A DNA stretch of 64,000 bases from Escherichia phage N2: sequence record ON645936.1. One strand, written 5' to 3'. The notes beneath the pieces are model-generated. The model saw only the letters and a list, made by a program, of their open reading frames with translations, ran no database searches and was not told the origin of the DNA. Below are positions 8,884 through 18,671 of this stretch, in pieces. The translations under genes and the position numbers were made by a program. Positions within the stretch are counted from its first letter, which is position 1. Each line of letters starts with the position of its first letter.

Positions 8884-9156
8884 TCATTTTAAATAAATTG
8901 CGTATTTTTTATAACCCGCTGACTCATGACGAAGACCCTTATCATTAGCAAAACGCTCAATGTTGTTAATTTGATTCTGGTCAAGTTCAGAGATGTCAAA
9001 CACGAAAAAGTTACGTTTGTTACCAACTGTTACATAGTCAGTTAAATCAATATCATATAGGTAATTGATGTCAGCAATCAAAGTCTTGACAGCTTTGCTA
9101 ATTTTTACTTTTTCGTTAAAAGTAGCTTCATTGATAAATTCTTTAAATGTTTTCAT
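8884..9156 (-). CDS. Internal head protein with capsid-targeting sequence (second novel IP variant)
   Basis: 90 aa from ATG at 9156 (GGAG RBS); same MKTFKEFINEA signal, then unrelated mature sequence. Confidence 0.7.
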   Translation of the reverse strand: MKTFKEFINEATFNEKVKISKAVKTLIADINYLYDIDLTDYVTVGNKRNFFVFDISELDQNQINNIERFANDKGLRHESAGYKKYAIYLK

Positions 9157-9192
9157 TTTATTCTCCAATCACCCATTTATTTTGATAGGGTA

Positions 9193-9222
9193 ATAGTATC
9201 ACAACTAAAACCCCGTGTAAAT
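9193..9222 (-). promoter_or_regulatory. T4 early-type promoter, copy 3 of repeated cassette
   Basis: Minus strand ATTTAC acggggttttagttgtga TACTAT upstream of IP gene at 9156. Confidence 0.55.
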
Positions 9223-9234
9223 AACTTTGTGAAA

Positions 9235-9931
<697 letters not shown>

Positions 9932-9932
<1 letters not shown>

Positions 9933-10657
9933 TATAGTACCTTTAGTGTATTTTTAATTTTAGAAAAAAGTTCTTCAAGAGAACCATCGTTTGTAATTAC
10001 TAAATCGCCATCACGAATTGGCAATCCAGCTTCTGTAATATGAGTATCATTGGATTTTTGACCAGGACGAACTACATGAATTACTGTAGCACCCATCGCC
10101 CTAGCCGCATCCATTTCATGATCTTGACGAGTATCAGGAACGATATAATAATCATAACCTGAGTTAAATTTATCAAGATAATCTAAAGCAAATAATTTTA
10201 CCCAATACATGCGGTCGAAGTTATTAACAATCAAATCCGTACCTAGGGCTTGCATCAGACGACGGACTGACCATTGATCTTCAATATTATTTATAACGTC
10301 AGCAATCTTGTTAAATGCTACGAAAGTAACTGATTCTTTTCCTTCGTCATCAAAAACAAGCACACCTTTAATTGGGCTTTTACTATTAAGATAGCAAAAT
10401 GCTTGTTCCATAATCGTAATTACTTCTAATTTAGTCAGATTTAAATTAGTTTCACGATCATAGTCAATTCCTTCAAACTCTTTACGAGTTAAACAAGGAT
10501 AGTCGGTGTTTGCTGCAAATACACCCCATGCATATGCCAATGCATCCTTAATAGGACCAGCAAGTTGATATTTAACTGCAGAATAATTTTCCATGATAAA
10601 ATCTGCAGTAGTATCTTTTCCACTGCGCTTTACACCACTTAAAAAGATTAGTTTCAT
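9932..10657 (-). CDS. 1: dNMP kinase gp1
   Basis: 241 aa; P-loop LSGVKRSGKDT; size and synteny as T4 gene 1. Confidence 0.9.
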
Positions 10658-10706
10658 ATGTTTCTCCTCAAATTTAGTTAAGATTATAACACATGAAACT
10701 GAAGCA

Positions 10707-11237
10707 TTAAACTTCTGCTATAATTTTGCCATCTTTTTCTACTTGAAAATACGTATAAGGAATCGTTGCTGTGCATACTAAAGCTGGGTCTGAATCTTCC
10801 GTGTAGCTAAATTCTACTTCAGACAGGTCAGAAACCCAAGGCTTATAAAAATTTATTGACATCACGATTTCAGTTTTACTGTTATCTAAAATGTAAAGCG
10901 TAATGTATTCAGGACCTGTTTTTTGGGCAGTATTTTCGCCTGTAAGATAGTTACTAGTTCCTAGCATCCATTCATACATTCCTATCCACGACTTAAGCTC
11001 TTCATCAACTATAAATCTCACGATGAGTGGATCGTACTCAAATGTAACTCCTGGACGCTGTGCTCGGCCTAGTCCAAACGGCCCAGTCACGGTATCGGTA
11101 ACAGGTATTCTAATTCCTGGAATAGGAACTGACTGAGCATTTAAAGTAAAAGCAGATGTAGTATTACTATGCGGTATTGATACTACAAAGTTAGTTGTAT
11201 TTGCTTGGTTAAAAATTTGTTGCAGAGCTTGTGACAT
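10707..11237 (-). CDS. 3: Tail completion / sheath stabiliser gp3
   Basis: 176 aa from internal ATG at 11237 (T4 gp3 is 176 aa); longer track form starts at a non-ATG codon. Confidence 0.8.
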   Translation of the reverse strand: MSQALQQIFNQANTTNFVVSIPHSNTTSAFTLNAQSVPIPGIRIPVTDTVTGPFGLGRAQRPGVTFEYDPLIVRFIVDEELKSWIGMYEWMLGTSNYLTGENTAQKTGPEYITLYILDNSKTEIVMSINFYKPWVSDLSEVEFSYTEDSDPALVCTATIPYTYFQVEKDGKIIAEV

Positions 11238-11343
11238 ATATTCCTCATAATGCTTTATAAATGTTGGTGGTATAATGGGTCTAAGTCCCTTCCATTCAAT
11301 TCCAATTAGAACAAACAATAGAAAAGAATGGAAGATAATAGAA

Positions 11344-12168
11344 TTAGATATTTGACCAGACTTTGTTTGCAGAGAAACGTTTTCCTTTTGAAACGAACTG
11401 CTGAAGTGGCATTAACACAACGTTCGCCCAGTCTTTCGGGGCGATTTCAACTAGGCTACCCATAATATTACCAGGTATATATGCCTTAATCATTTGGTCT
11501 GCACCCCTAAATCCTTTCACTTGACTCCAATCAATTTTTAATTTCGTTTTATTAGTAATAGTAGGTGTATTCGAATATTGCTTTAAAAGCTCTTCTAGAA
11601 ATTGCTGACGAGCTTTAGGTGGAATATAGTGCAAGTTCAATCCGTACATTAAATTGTGTTTACCTAAACCGAGGTAAATTATCAAAGGAAATTTATCCCA
11701 ATAAGGAAGAGTTTCTTTGTGTTTAGCATCGTAAGCAAAAGCATATATTCGTCCCGGCTGCGGGCGAACAACTTTATGTCCTTTTACTTGCTTAATAGTT
11801 TCAGCAAACCACTTTCTGGTTTTATTATTAATTGCTGCACCTTCATTACGAATTTTATCACGCAATGTTTGTCTGAATGAATTTATCATAAGCAGTTGTC
11901 TTTCTTGCTTATTGAGTTTATTCATTGGTTTTGATTCAAGCTTTTGAATCTTTTCAGCCGTTTTAATTCCTGAAGCATATTTTGACATTGCCGAAGTAAA
12001 CGTAGAATATTTAATTCCTCTTTCTTCAGCAAATTGCTTTCCTGTCATTCCTTTTGCTTTGGCCTTTTTGTATTCAAGACCTATCTGAATCCATTTCTTT
12101 TCGTTTAATGATTGCTTAACCTTTGGAACTTGGGGAGTGCTTTCATTAATTATTTGAAAAATAGCCAT
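11344..12168 (-). CDS. 2: DNA end-protector protein gp2
   Basis: 274 aa, same as T4 gp2; ATGA overlap with gene 4. Confidence 0.85.
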   Translation of the reverse strand: MAIFQIINESTPQVPKVKQSLNEKKWIQIGLEYKKAKAKGMTGKQFAEERGIKYSTFTSAMSKYASGIKTAEKIQKLESKPMNKLNKQERQLLMINSFRQTLRDKIRNEGAAINNKTRKWFAETIKQVKGHKVVRPQPGRIYAFAYDAKHKETLPYWDKFPLIIYLGLGKHNLMYGLNLHYIPPKARQQFLEELLKQYSNTPTITNKTKLKIDWSQVKGFRGADQMIKAYIPGNIMGSLVEIAPKDWANVVLMPLQQFVSKGKRFSANKVWSNI

Positions 12169-12620
12169 TATGCCCCCTTAAAGCCAAGAGCTCTTAATCC
12201 ATCTTCTGTTAGAATTCTAAATTTTATTCCACGCTTTTCAGCTAAAGCTTGCGCTGCTTTCCATTTGTCAGTATTAACGGAATATGTATAAATTTCATTC
12301 ATAAATCTTTTCTTCGCTGCAGTTGTTAGATGTGCTGGTTTAACCGGCGGTTGTGTTTCTTTTTTAGGTTTTATTTCAATAAAAAATTCTTGTCCAGAAG
12401 AATCTTTCATCCAAATATCCATGAAGTATCTACGTTTTTTCCCTTCTGCATTACAAAAATAAGGAATTACTGCTGTTTCACTACCCCATGCAATAATTTC
12501 TGGATTTTTATCTAACCATTCAAAAAAGAATTTTTCCCAATTTGATCTATACGTAATTTTTTTAGGGTCACCTCTATATTTTGATATATTTTTAGGAACC
12601 CATTTTCCAGAATATGCCAT
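12168..12620 (-). CDS. 4: Head completion protein gp4
   Basis: 150 aa, same as T4 gp4; synteny. Confidence 0.85.
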   Translation of the reverse strand: MAYSGKWVPKNISKYRGDPKKITYRSNWEKFFFEWLDKNPEIIAWGSETAVIPYFCNAEGKKRRYFMDIWMKDSSGQEFFIEIKPKKETQPPVKPAHLTTAAKKRFMNEIYTYSVNTDKWKAAQALAEKRGIKFRILTEDGLRALGFKGA

Positions 12621-12631
12621 TGGATTCTCCT

Positions 12632-12654
12632 TATAAATAGATAATATATTTATA
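12632..12654. promoter_or_regulatory. Divergent overlapping late promoters (TATAAATA on both strands) between genes 4 and 53
   Basis: Plus TATAAATA at 12632..12639 (29 nt before gene 53); minus TATAAATA as plus tatttata at 12647..12654 (27 nt before gene 4). Confidence 0.6.
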
Positions 12655-12667
12655 AACAGGAGGGCCC

Positions 12668-13258
12668 ATGCTCTTTACATTTTTTGATCCGATTGAATAT
12701 GCGGCCAAAACGGTGAATAAAAACGCGCCGACTATTCCTATGACAGATATTTTTAGAAACTATAAAGACTATTTCAAACGTGCTCTTGCGGGATACCGTT
12801 TACGCACTTATTATATTAAAGGTTCACCACGCCCGGAAGAATTAGCAAATGCTATATATGGAAATCCGCAGTTGTATTGGGTTTTATTGATGTGTAATGA
12901 TAATTATGATCCGTATTATGGATGGATTACTTCGCAAGAAGCTGCTTATCAAGCATCTATACAAAAATACAAAAACGTAGGTGGAGACCAAATAGTATAT
13001 CATGTGAATGAGAATGGTGAAAAATTTTATAATTTAATATCATACGATGATAATCCGTATGTTTGGTATGACAAAGGCGATAAAGCCAGAAAATATCCTC
13101 AATATGAAGGAGCACTTGCTGCGGTCGATACGTATGAAGCTGCTGTTCTTGAAAATGAAAAACTTCGTCAAATAAAAATAATAGCAAAATCAGACATTAA
13201 TTCATTTATGAACGACCTTATACGTATAATGGAGAAATCTTATGGAAATGATAAGTAA
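12668..13258 (+). CDS. 53: Baseplate wedge protein gp53
   Basis: 196 aa, same as T4 gp53; synteny before gene 5. Confidence 0.9.
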   Translation: MLFTFFDPIEYAAKTVNKNAPTIPMTDIFRNYKDYFKRALAGYRLRTYYIKGSPRPEELANAIYGNPQLYWVLLMCNDNYDPYYGWITSQEAAYQASIQKYKNVGGDQIVYHVNENGEKFYNLISYDDNPYVWYDKGDKARKYPQYEGALAAVDTYEAAVLENEKLRQIKIIAKSDINSFMNDLIRIMEKSYGNDK

Positions 13259-14972
13259 TAACCTCAACTGGTTTGTTGGTGTTGTTGAAGATAGAATGGA
13301 CCCATTAAAATTAGGTCGTGTTCGTGTTCGTGTGGTTGGTCTGCATCCACCCCAAAGAGCGCAAGGCGATGTAATGGGTATTCCAACCGATAAATTGCCA
13401 TGGATGTCAGTTATTCAACCGATAACTTCTGCAGCAATGTCTGGAATTGGAGGTTCTGTTACAGGACCAGTAGAAGGAACTAGAGTTTATGGTCATTTTT
13501 TAGACAAATGGAAAACTAACGGAATTGTCCTTGGCACGTATGGTGGGATAGTTCGCGAAAAACCTAATAGACTTGAAGGATTTTCTGACCCAACTGGGCA
13601 GTATCCTAGACGTCTAGGAAATGATACTAACGTATTAAACCAAGGCGGAGAAGTAGGATATGATTCGTCTTCTAACATTATCCAAGATAGCAATCTAGAC
13701 ACTGCGATAAATCCTGATGATAGACCGCTATCAGAGATTCCAACTGATGATAATCCAAATATGTCAATGGCTGAAATGCTTCGCCGTGATGAAGGATTAA
13801 GACTAAAAGTTTATTGGGATACAGAAGGATATCCGACAATTGGTATTGGTCATCTTATCATGAAGCAGCCAGTTCGTGATATGGCCCAAATTAATAAAGT
13901 TTTATCAAAACAAGTTGGTCGTGAAATTACCGGAAATCCAGGTTCTATTACAATGGAAGAAGCGGTAACTTTATTTGAACGTGATTTGGCTGATATGCAA
14001 CGTGACATTAAATTACATTCTAAAGTTGGCCCAGTTTGGCAGGCAGTTAATCGTTCTCGTCAAATGGCATTAGAAAATATGGCATTTCAGATGGGCGTCG
14101 GCGGTGTAGCTAAATTTAACACAATGTTAACTGCTATGTTAGCCGGAGATTGGGAAAAAGCATACAAAGCCGGTCGTGATTCATTATGGTATCAACAAAC
14201 AAAAGGCCGTGCATCCCGTGTTACCATGATTATTCTTACAGGGAATTTGGAATCATACGGTATTGAAGTGAAAACTCCAGCTAGGTCTTTATCAGCAATG
14301 GCTGCTACTGTAGCAAAGTCTTCTGACCCGGCTGACCCTCCTATTCCGAATGATTCGAGAATTTTATTCAAAGAACCTGTTTCTTCATATAAAGGTGAAT
14401 ATCCGTATGTTCACACAATGGAAACTGAAAGCGGTCATATTCAGGAATTTGATGATACCCCTGGGCAAGAACGATACAGATTAGTTCATCCGACTGGAAC
14501 GTATGAGGAAGTATCACCATCAGGAAGAAGAACAAGAAAAACTGTTGATAATTTGTATGATATAACAAATGCTGATGGTAATTTTTTAGTAGCCGGCGAT
14601 AAAAAGACTAACGTCGGTGGATCAGAAATTTATTACAACATGGATAATCGTCTTCACCAAATAGATGGAAGCAACACAATATTTGTGCGTGGCGATGAAA
14701 CTAAGACAGTTGAAGGTAATGGAACTATCCTAGTCAAAGGTAATGTTACTATTGTAGTTGAAGGTAATGCTGACATTACAGTTAAAGGAGATGCTACTAC
14801 TTTAGTTGAAGGAAATCAGACTAATACAGTAAATGGAAATCTTTCTTGGAAAGTTGCTGGGACAGTTGATTGGGACGTTGGTGGCGATTGGACAGAAAAA
14901 ATGGCATCTATGAGTTCTATTTCATCTGGTCAATACACAATTGATGGTAGCCGTATAGACGTAGGTTTATAA
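13242..14972 (+). CDS. 5: Baseplate hub + tail lysozyme gp5 (cell-puncturing device)
   Basis: 576 aa; MEMISNNLNWFVGVV N-terminus; internal lysozyme domain (MAEMLRRDEGLRLKVYWDTEGYPTIGIGHL); C-terminal VxGxxxxx beta-helix repeats. Confidence 0.95.
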   Translation: MEMISNNLNWFVGVVEDRMDPLKLGRVRVRVVGLHPPQRAQGDVMGIPTDKLPWMSVIQPITSAAMSGIGGSVTGPVEGTRVYGHFLDKWKTNGIVLGTYGGIVREKPNRLEGFSDPTGQYPRRLGNDTNVLNQGGEVGYDSSSNIIQDSNLDTAINPDDRPLSEIPTDDNPNMSMAEMLRRDEGLRLKVYWDTEGYPTIGIGHLIMKQPVRDMAQINKVLSKQVGREITGNPGSITMEEAVTLFERDLADMQRDIKLHSKVGPVWQAVNRSRQMALENMAFQMGVGGVAKFNTMLTAMLAGDWEKAYKAGRDSLWYQQTKGRASRVTMIILTGNLESYGIEVKTPARSLSAMAATVAKSSDPADPPIPNDSRILFKEPVSSYKGEYPYVHTMETESGHIQEFDDTPGQERYRLVHPTGTYEEVSPSGRRTRKTVDNLYDITNADGNFLVAGDKKTNVGGSEIYYNMDNRLHQIDGSNTIFVRGDETKTVEGNGTILVKGNVTIVVEGNADITVKGDATTLVEGNQTNTVNGNLSWKVAGTVDWDVGGDWTEKMASMSSISSGQYTIDGSRIDVGL

Positions 14973-14990
14973 ATAATTCAGAGGTGAATT

Positions 14991-15857
14991 ATGAAAAAAT
15001 CTAACACTGTTCAATTTAGATACATATATAAAACAACCGTTACTAATCCGAAAGGATTAGTACGTGTTTATATTGGTAAACATGAATCTAGATATTTTGA
15101 TTTAGAAAATGACAAGTATATAGGTTCCGGTGATTATATTAAAAAGATACGCAATAAACCTGGTTATAAAATAGATTTTGAAATAATTGAATTTGTTTCT
15201 ACTTATGAAATTCTTAATTTAAGAGAAAGGTATTGGATTTCGAAATATAAATCATCTGACATTCTATGTACCAATATAAAATCCGGCGGTGATGGTTTTT
15301 CATCCGAAGATTTGAAGAGAATGTGGTCTAATCCTGAATATAGGAAAGCTCAATTGAAGGCATTAGCTAAATCAACGTCAACTAAAGAATTTTCAGAGAA
15401 AATATCTAAAATAAACAAAGAAAGATGCGCATCACCAGAATATCGAAAGAAAATGAGTAATGCGATGAAAACTGCTTTTGAAAATGACCCAACATTAAAA
15501 ATTCGTATTTCTAATACCGTTAAATCTTTATGGAAATCCGATGAATACAGAAATAAATTAATCAATCATCCAGGAAAAATAGAAGGAACGAAACAATCAT
15601 GGAATGATCCTTTGATAAGAAAATCGAGATTAGATGCTAGAAATAAAAAACTAAGATCAGTTGAACCTTGGATTAGTATAGAAAAAGTCAAAAAACTTTG
15701 GGAGGATTTGGGAAAACCACATCCACAGAAATACAAATGGTTTAGAGAAAAAGCAATTGAACATGACCTCCCGGATGTAAGTTATAACGCAATTTTAAAA
15801 GCTTTGAAAAAATGTGATTATAAATTTACATCATTAGAGAATTCAACAATTGGCTAA
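14991..15857 (+). mobile_element. GIY-YIG homing endonuclease gene (Seg-like) inserted between genes 5 and 5.1
   Basis: 288 aa ORF; N-terminal GIY-YIG (YIYKTTVTNPKGLVRVYIGKH...YIGSGDY); repeated NUMOD-like DNA-binding motifs (WSNPEYRKAQ, ASPEYRKKMS, WKSDEYRNKL). Confidence 0.8.
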
Positions 15858-15891
15858 TATACTTCCAATGAGCGCTGATTTAGGAGAATCC

Positions 15892-16386
15892 ATGGAAGGT
15901 TCTTCTATCGACGTCACCTTTACCGCTCAATTAGAAACGGGTGAAACGTTAGTATCTATAAATATAACTAGTTACGAAGAAACTCCTGGGGTTTTAGTAG
16001 AAGAAAATCGTTTATATGGAACGTATGAATCTGTATTTGGATTTGGAAATGATGCGCTGAAATATCGTTTAGATAATGAATTTAAAACTGCTTCTTCATG
16101 GGAAGACCTTCCAACTGATTCTAATACTCAGTTATATTTATGGAAAGCTCCTCAAAACCTCCAGAAGACATTCACTTACGAAGTAACATTAATATATGAC
16201 TACCAAGAACAAGGTGAATCTGGAGGTTCTAGCAGTAATTCTAGGTCATCTTCTGATACTACTGAACCAACGAATCCTCCAGCTCCAATAAGAAAAACCC
16301 TTGTTAAAAATTATACAAAAACTATAGTTGGAAATTGGAGTCGTTGGGCTAATAAATTGAGAAGCTACGTGTATGAGAGGCCATAA
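15892..16386 (+). CDS. 5.1: gp5.1-like protein, hypothetical
   Basis: 164 aa from ATG at 15892 with AGGAG RBS; Ser-rich linker; position between gene 5 and 5.4. Confidence 0.6.
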
Positions 16387-16680
16387 ATGTCAGGATTAAG
16401 TTATGATAAGTGTGTTACTGCTGGCCATGAAGCATGGCCTCCAACAGTTGTGAATGCTACACAAAGTAAAGTATTCACTGGAGGAATTGCTGTTCTCGTA
16501 GCAGGTGATCCAATTACAGAACATACAGAAATTAAAAAGCCATATGAAACACATGGCGGAGTGACACAACCTAGAACTTCTAAGGTATATGTCACTGGAA
16601 AGAAAGCTGTTCAAATGGCTGATCCAATATCATGCGGTGATACTGTGGCTCAGGCATCATCTAAAGTATTCATTAAATAG
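16387..16680 (+). CDS. 5.4: PAAR-repeat spike-tip protein gp5.4
   Basis: 97 aa; [22 protein letters not shown]... with PAAR-like motifs; same size as T4 gp5.4. Confidence 0.9.
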
Positions 16681-16688
16681 GATTCAAA

Positions 16689-18671
16689 ATGGCAAATACC
16701 CCTGTAAATTATCAATTAACAAGAACAGCAAATGCTATTCCCGAGATATTCGTCGGGGGTACATTTGCTGAAATAAAACAAAACCTCATTGAATGGCTTA
16801 ATGGTCAAAATGAATTTTTGGATTATGATTTTGAAGGATCAAGATTAAACGTTCTGTGTGACCTTTTAGCTTATAATACATTATACATTCAGCAGTTTGG
16901 TAATGCTGCCGTATATGAAAGCTTTATGCGTACTGCTAACTTACGTAGTTCAGTAGTTCAAGCTGCACAAGATAATGGATATTTACCTACTTCAAAATCA
17001 GCTGCTCAAACTGAAATTATGCTAACTTGTACAGACGCATTGAATAGAAATTACATTACTATTCCTCGTGGTACTCGCTTTTTAGCATATGCAAAGGATA
17101 CTTCTGTTAATCCTTATAACTTTGTCTCTACCGAAGATGTTATTGCTATTCGCGATAAAAATAACCAATATTTTCCGCGTTTAAAATTGGCCCAGGGACG
17201 TATAGTAAGAACTGAAATCATTTATGATAAATTAACACCTATTATCATTTATGACAAAAATATAGATAGAAACCAAGTTAAGCTGTATGTTGATGGAGCA
17301 GAATGGATTAACTGGACAAGAAAGTCAATGGTTCATGCTGGTTCTACATCAACAATTTACTACATGCGTGAAACTATTGATGGAAATACTGAATTTTATT
17401 TTGGTGAAGGTGAGATTTCCGTTAATGCGGCAGAAGGAGCATTGACTGCTAATTATATTGGAGGTCTTAAACCTACTCAGAACTCTACGATTGTTATTGA
17501 GTATATCAGTACTAACGGTGCAGATGCGAATGGTGCAGTCGGATTTTCATACGCAGATACATTAACAAATATAACTGTCATCAATATTAACGAAAATCCA
17601 AATGATGACCCAGATTTTGTTGGGGCAGATGGCGGCGGCGATCCAGAAGATATTGAGCGTATTCGCGAATTGGGTACTATTAAACGCGAAACCCAGCAAC
17701 GCTGCGTAACTGCAACCGACTATGATACATTCGTCTCAGAAAGATTCGGTTCTATTATTCAAGCGGTTCAGACTTTCACTGATTCTACTAAACCTGGTTA
17801 TGCATTTATTGCTGCTAAACCTAAATCAGGACTATATTTAACTACTGTACAACGCGAAGATATTAAAAATTATCTCAAAGATTATAATTTAGCTCCTATT
17901 ACACCATCAATTATTTCTCCTAATTATCTTTTTGTTAAGACTAATTTAAAAGTCACATATGCTTTAAATAAGCTGCAAGAATCAGAACAGTGGCTAGAAG
18001 GTCAAATAATTGATAAAATTGATCGTTATTATACCGAAGACGTAGAAATTTTTAATTCATCTTTCGCTAAATCTAAGATGTTGACATATGTAGATGATGC
18101 AGATCATTCTATCATTGGCTCATCAGCGACAATTCAGATGGTACGTGAAGTACAAAACTTCTATAAAACGCCTGAAGCAGGTATTAAATACAATAATCAA
18201 ATAAAAGATCGTTCTATGGAATCTAATACGTTTTCATTTAATTCTGGACGAAAGGTTGTAAATCCTGATACTGGCTTAGAAGAAGATGTATTATATGACG
18301 TTCGTATAGTATCAACAGACCGAGATTCTAAAGGAATTGGTAAAGTTATTATTGGTCCATTTGCTTCGGGTGATGTTACAGAAAATGAAAACATTCAGCC
18401 ATATACAGGCAATGATTTTAATAAATTAGCAAGTTCCGATGGACGTGACAAATACTATGTTATCGGTGAAATAAATTATCCAGCTGATGTGATTTATTGG
18501 AATATCGCTAAAATTAATTTAACATCTGAAAAATTTGAAGTTCAGACTATTGAATTATATTCTGACCCAACCGATGATGTTATCTTTACTCGCGATGGTT
18601 CACTGATTGTATTTGAAAATGACTTACGTCCACAATACTTAACTATCGATTTGGAGCCTATATCACAATGA
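16689..18671 (+). CDS. 6: Baseplate wedge protein gp6
   Basis: 660 aa as T4 gp6; synteny. Confidence 0.9.
   Translation: MANTPVNYQLTRTANAIPEIFVGGTFAEIKQNLIEWLNGQNEFLDYDFEGSRLNVLCDLLAYNTLYIQQFGNAAVYESFMRTANLRSSVVQAAQDNGYLPTSKSAAQTEIMLTCTDALNRNYITIPRGTRFLAYAKDTSVNPYNFVSTEDVIAIRDKNNQYFPRLKLAQGRIVRTEIIYDKLTPIIIYDKNIDRNQVKLYVDGAEWINWTRKSMVHAGSTSTIYYMRETIDGNTEFYFGEGEISVNAAEGALTANYIGGLKPTQNSTIVIEYISTNGADANGAVGFSYADTLTNITVININENPNDDPDFVGADGGGDPEDIERIRELGTIKRETQQRCVTATDYDTFVSERFGSIIQAVQTFTDSTKPGYAFIAAKPKSGLYLTTVQREDIKNYLKDYNLAPITPSIISPNYLFVKTNLKVTYALNKLQESEQWLEGQIIDKIDRYYTEDVEIFNSSFAKSKMLTYVDDADHSIIGSSATIQMVREVQNFYKTPEAGIKYNNQIKDRSMESNTFSFNSGRKVVNPDTGLEEDVLYDVRIVSTDRDSKGIGKVIIGPFASGDVTENENIQPYTGNDFNKLASSDGRDKYYVIGEINYPADVIYWNIAKINLTSEKFEVQTIELYSDPTDDVIFTRDGSLIVFENDLRPQYLTIDLEPISQ

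Noticed and set aside
12957-13702. Minus-strand ORFs of 76 and 69 aa inside genes 53 and 5
   Set aside because: Antisense to conserved structural genes; no support as genes.
14640-14900. Short periodic DNA repeats near the 3-prime end of gene 5
   Set aside because: They encode the VxGxxxxx beta-helix repeats of the gp5 needle; coding periodicity, not a mobile or regulatory repeat.
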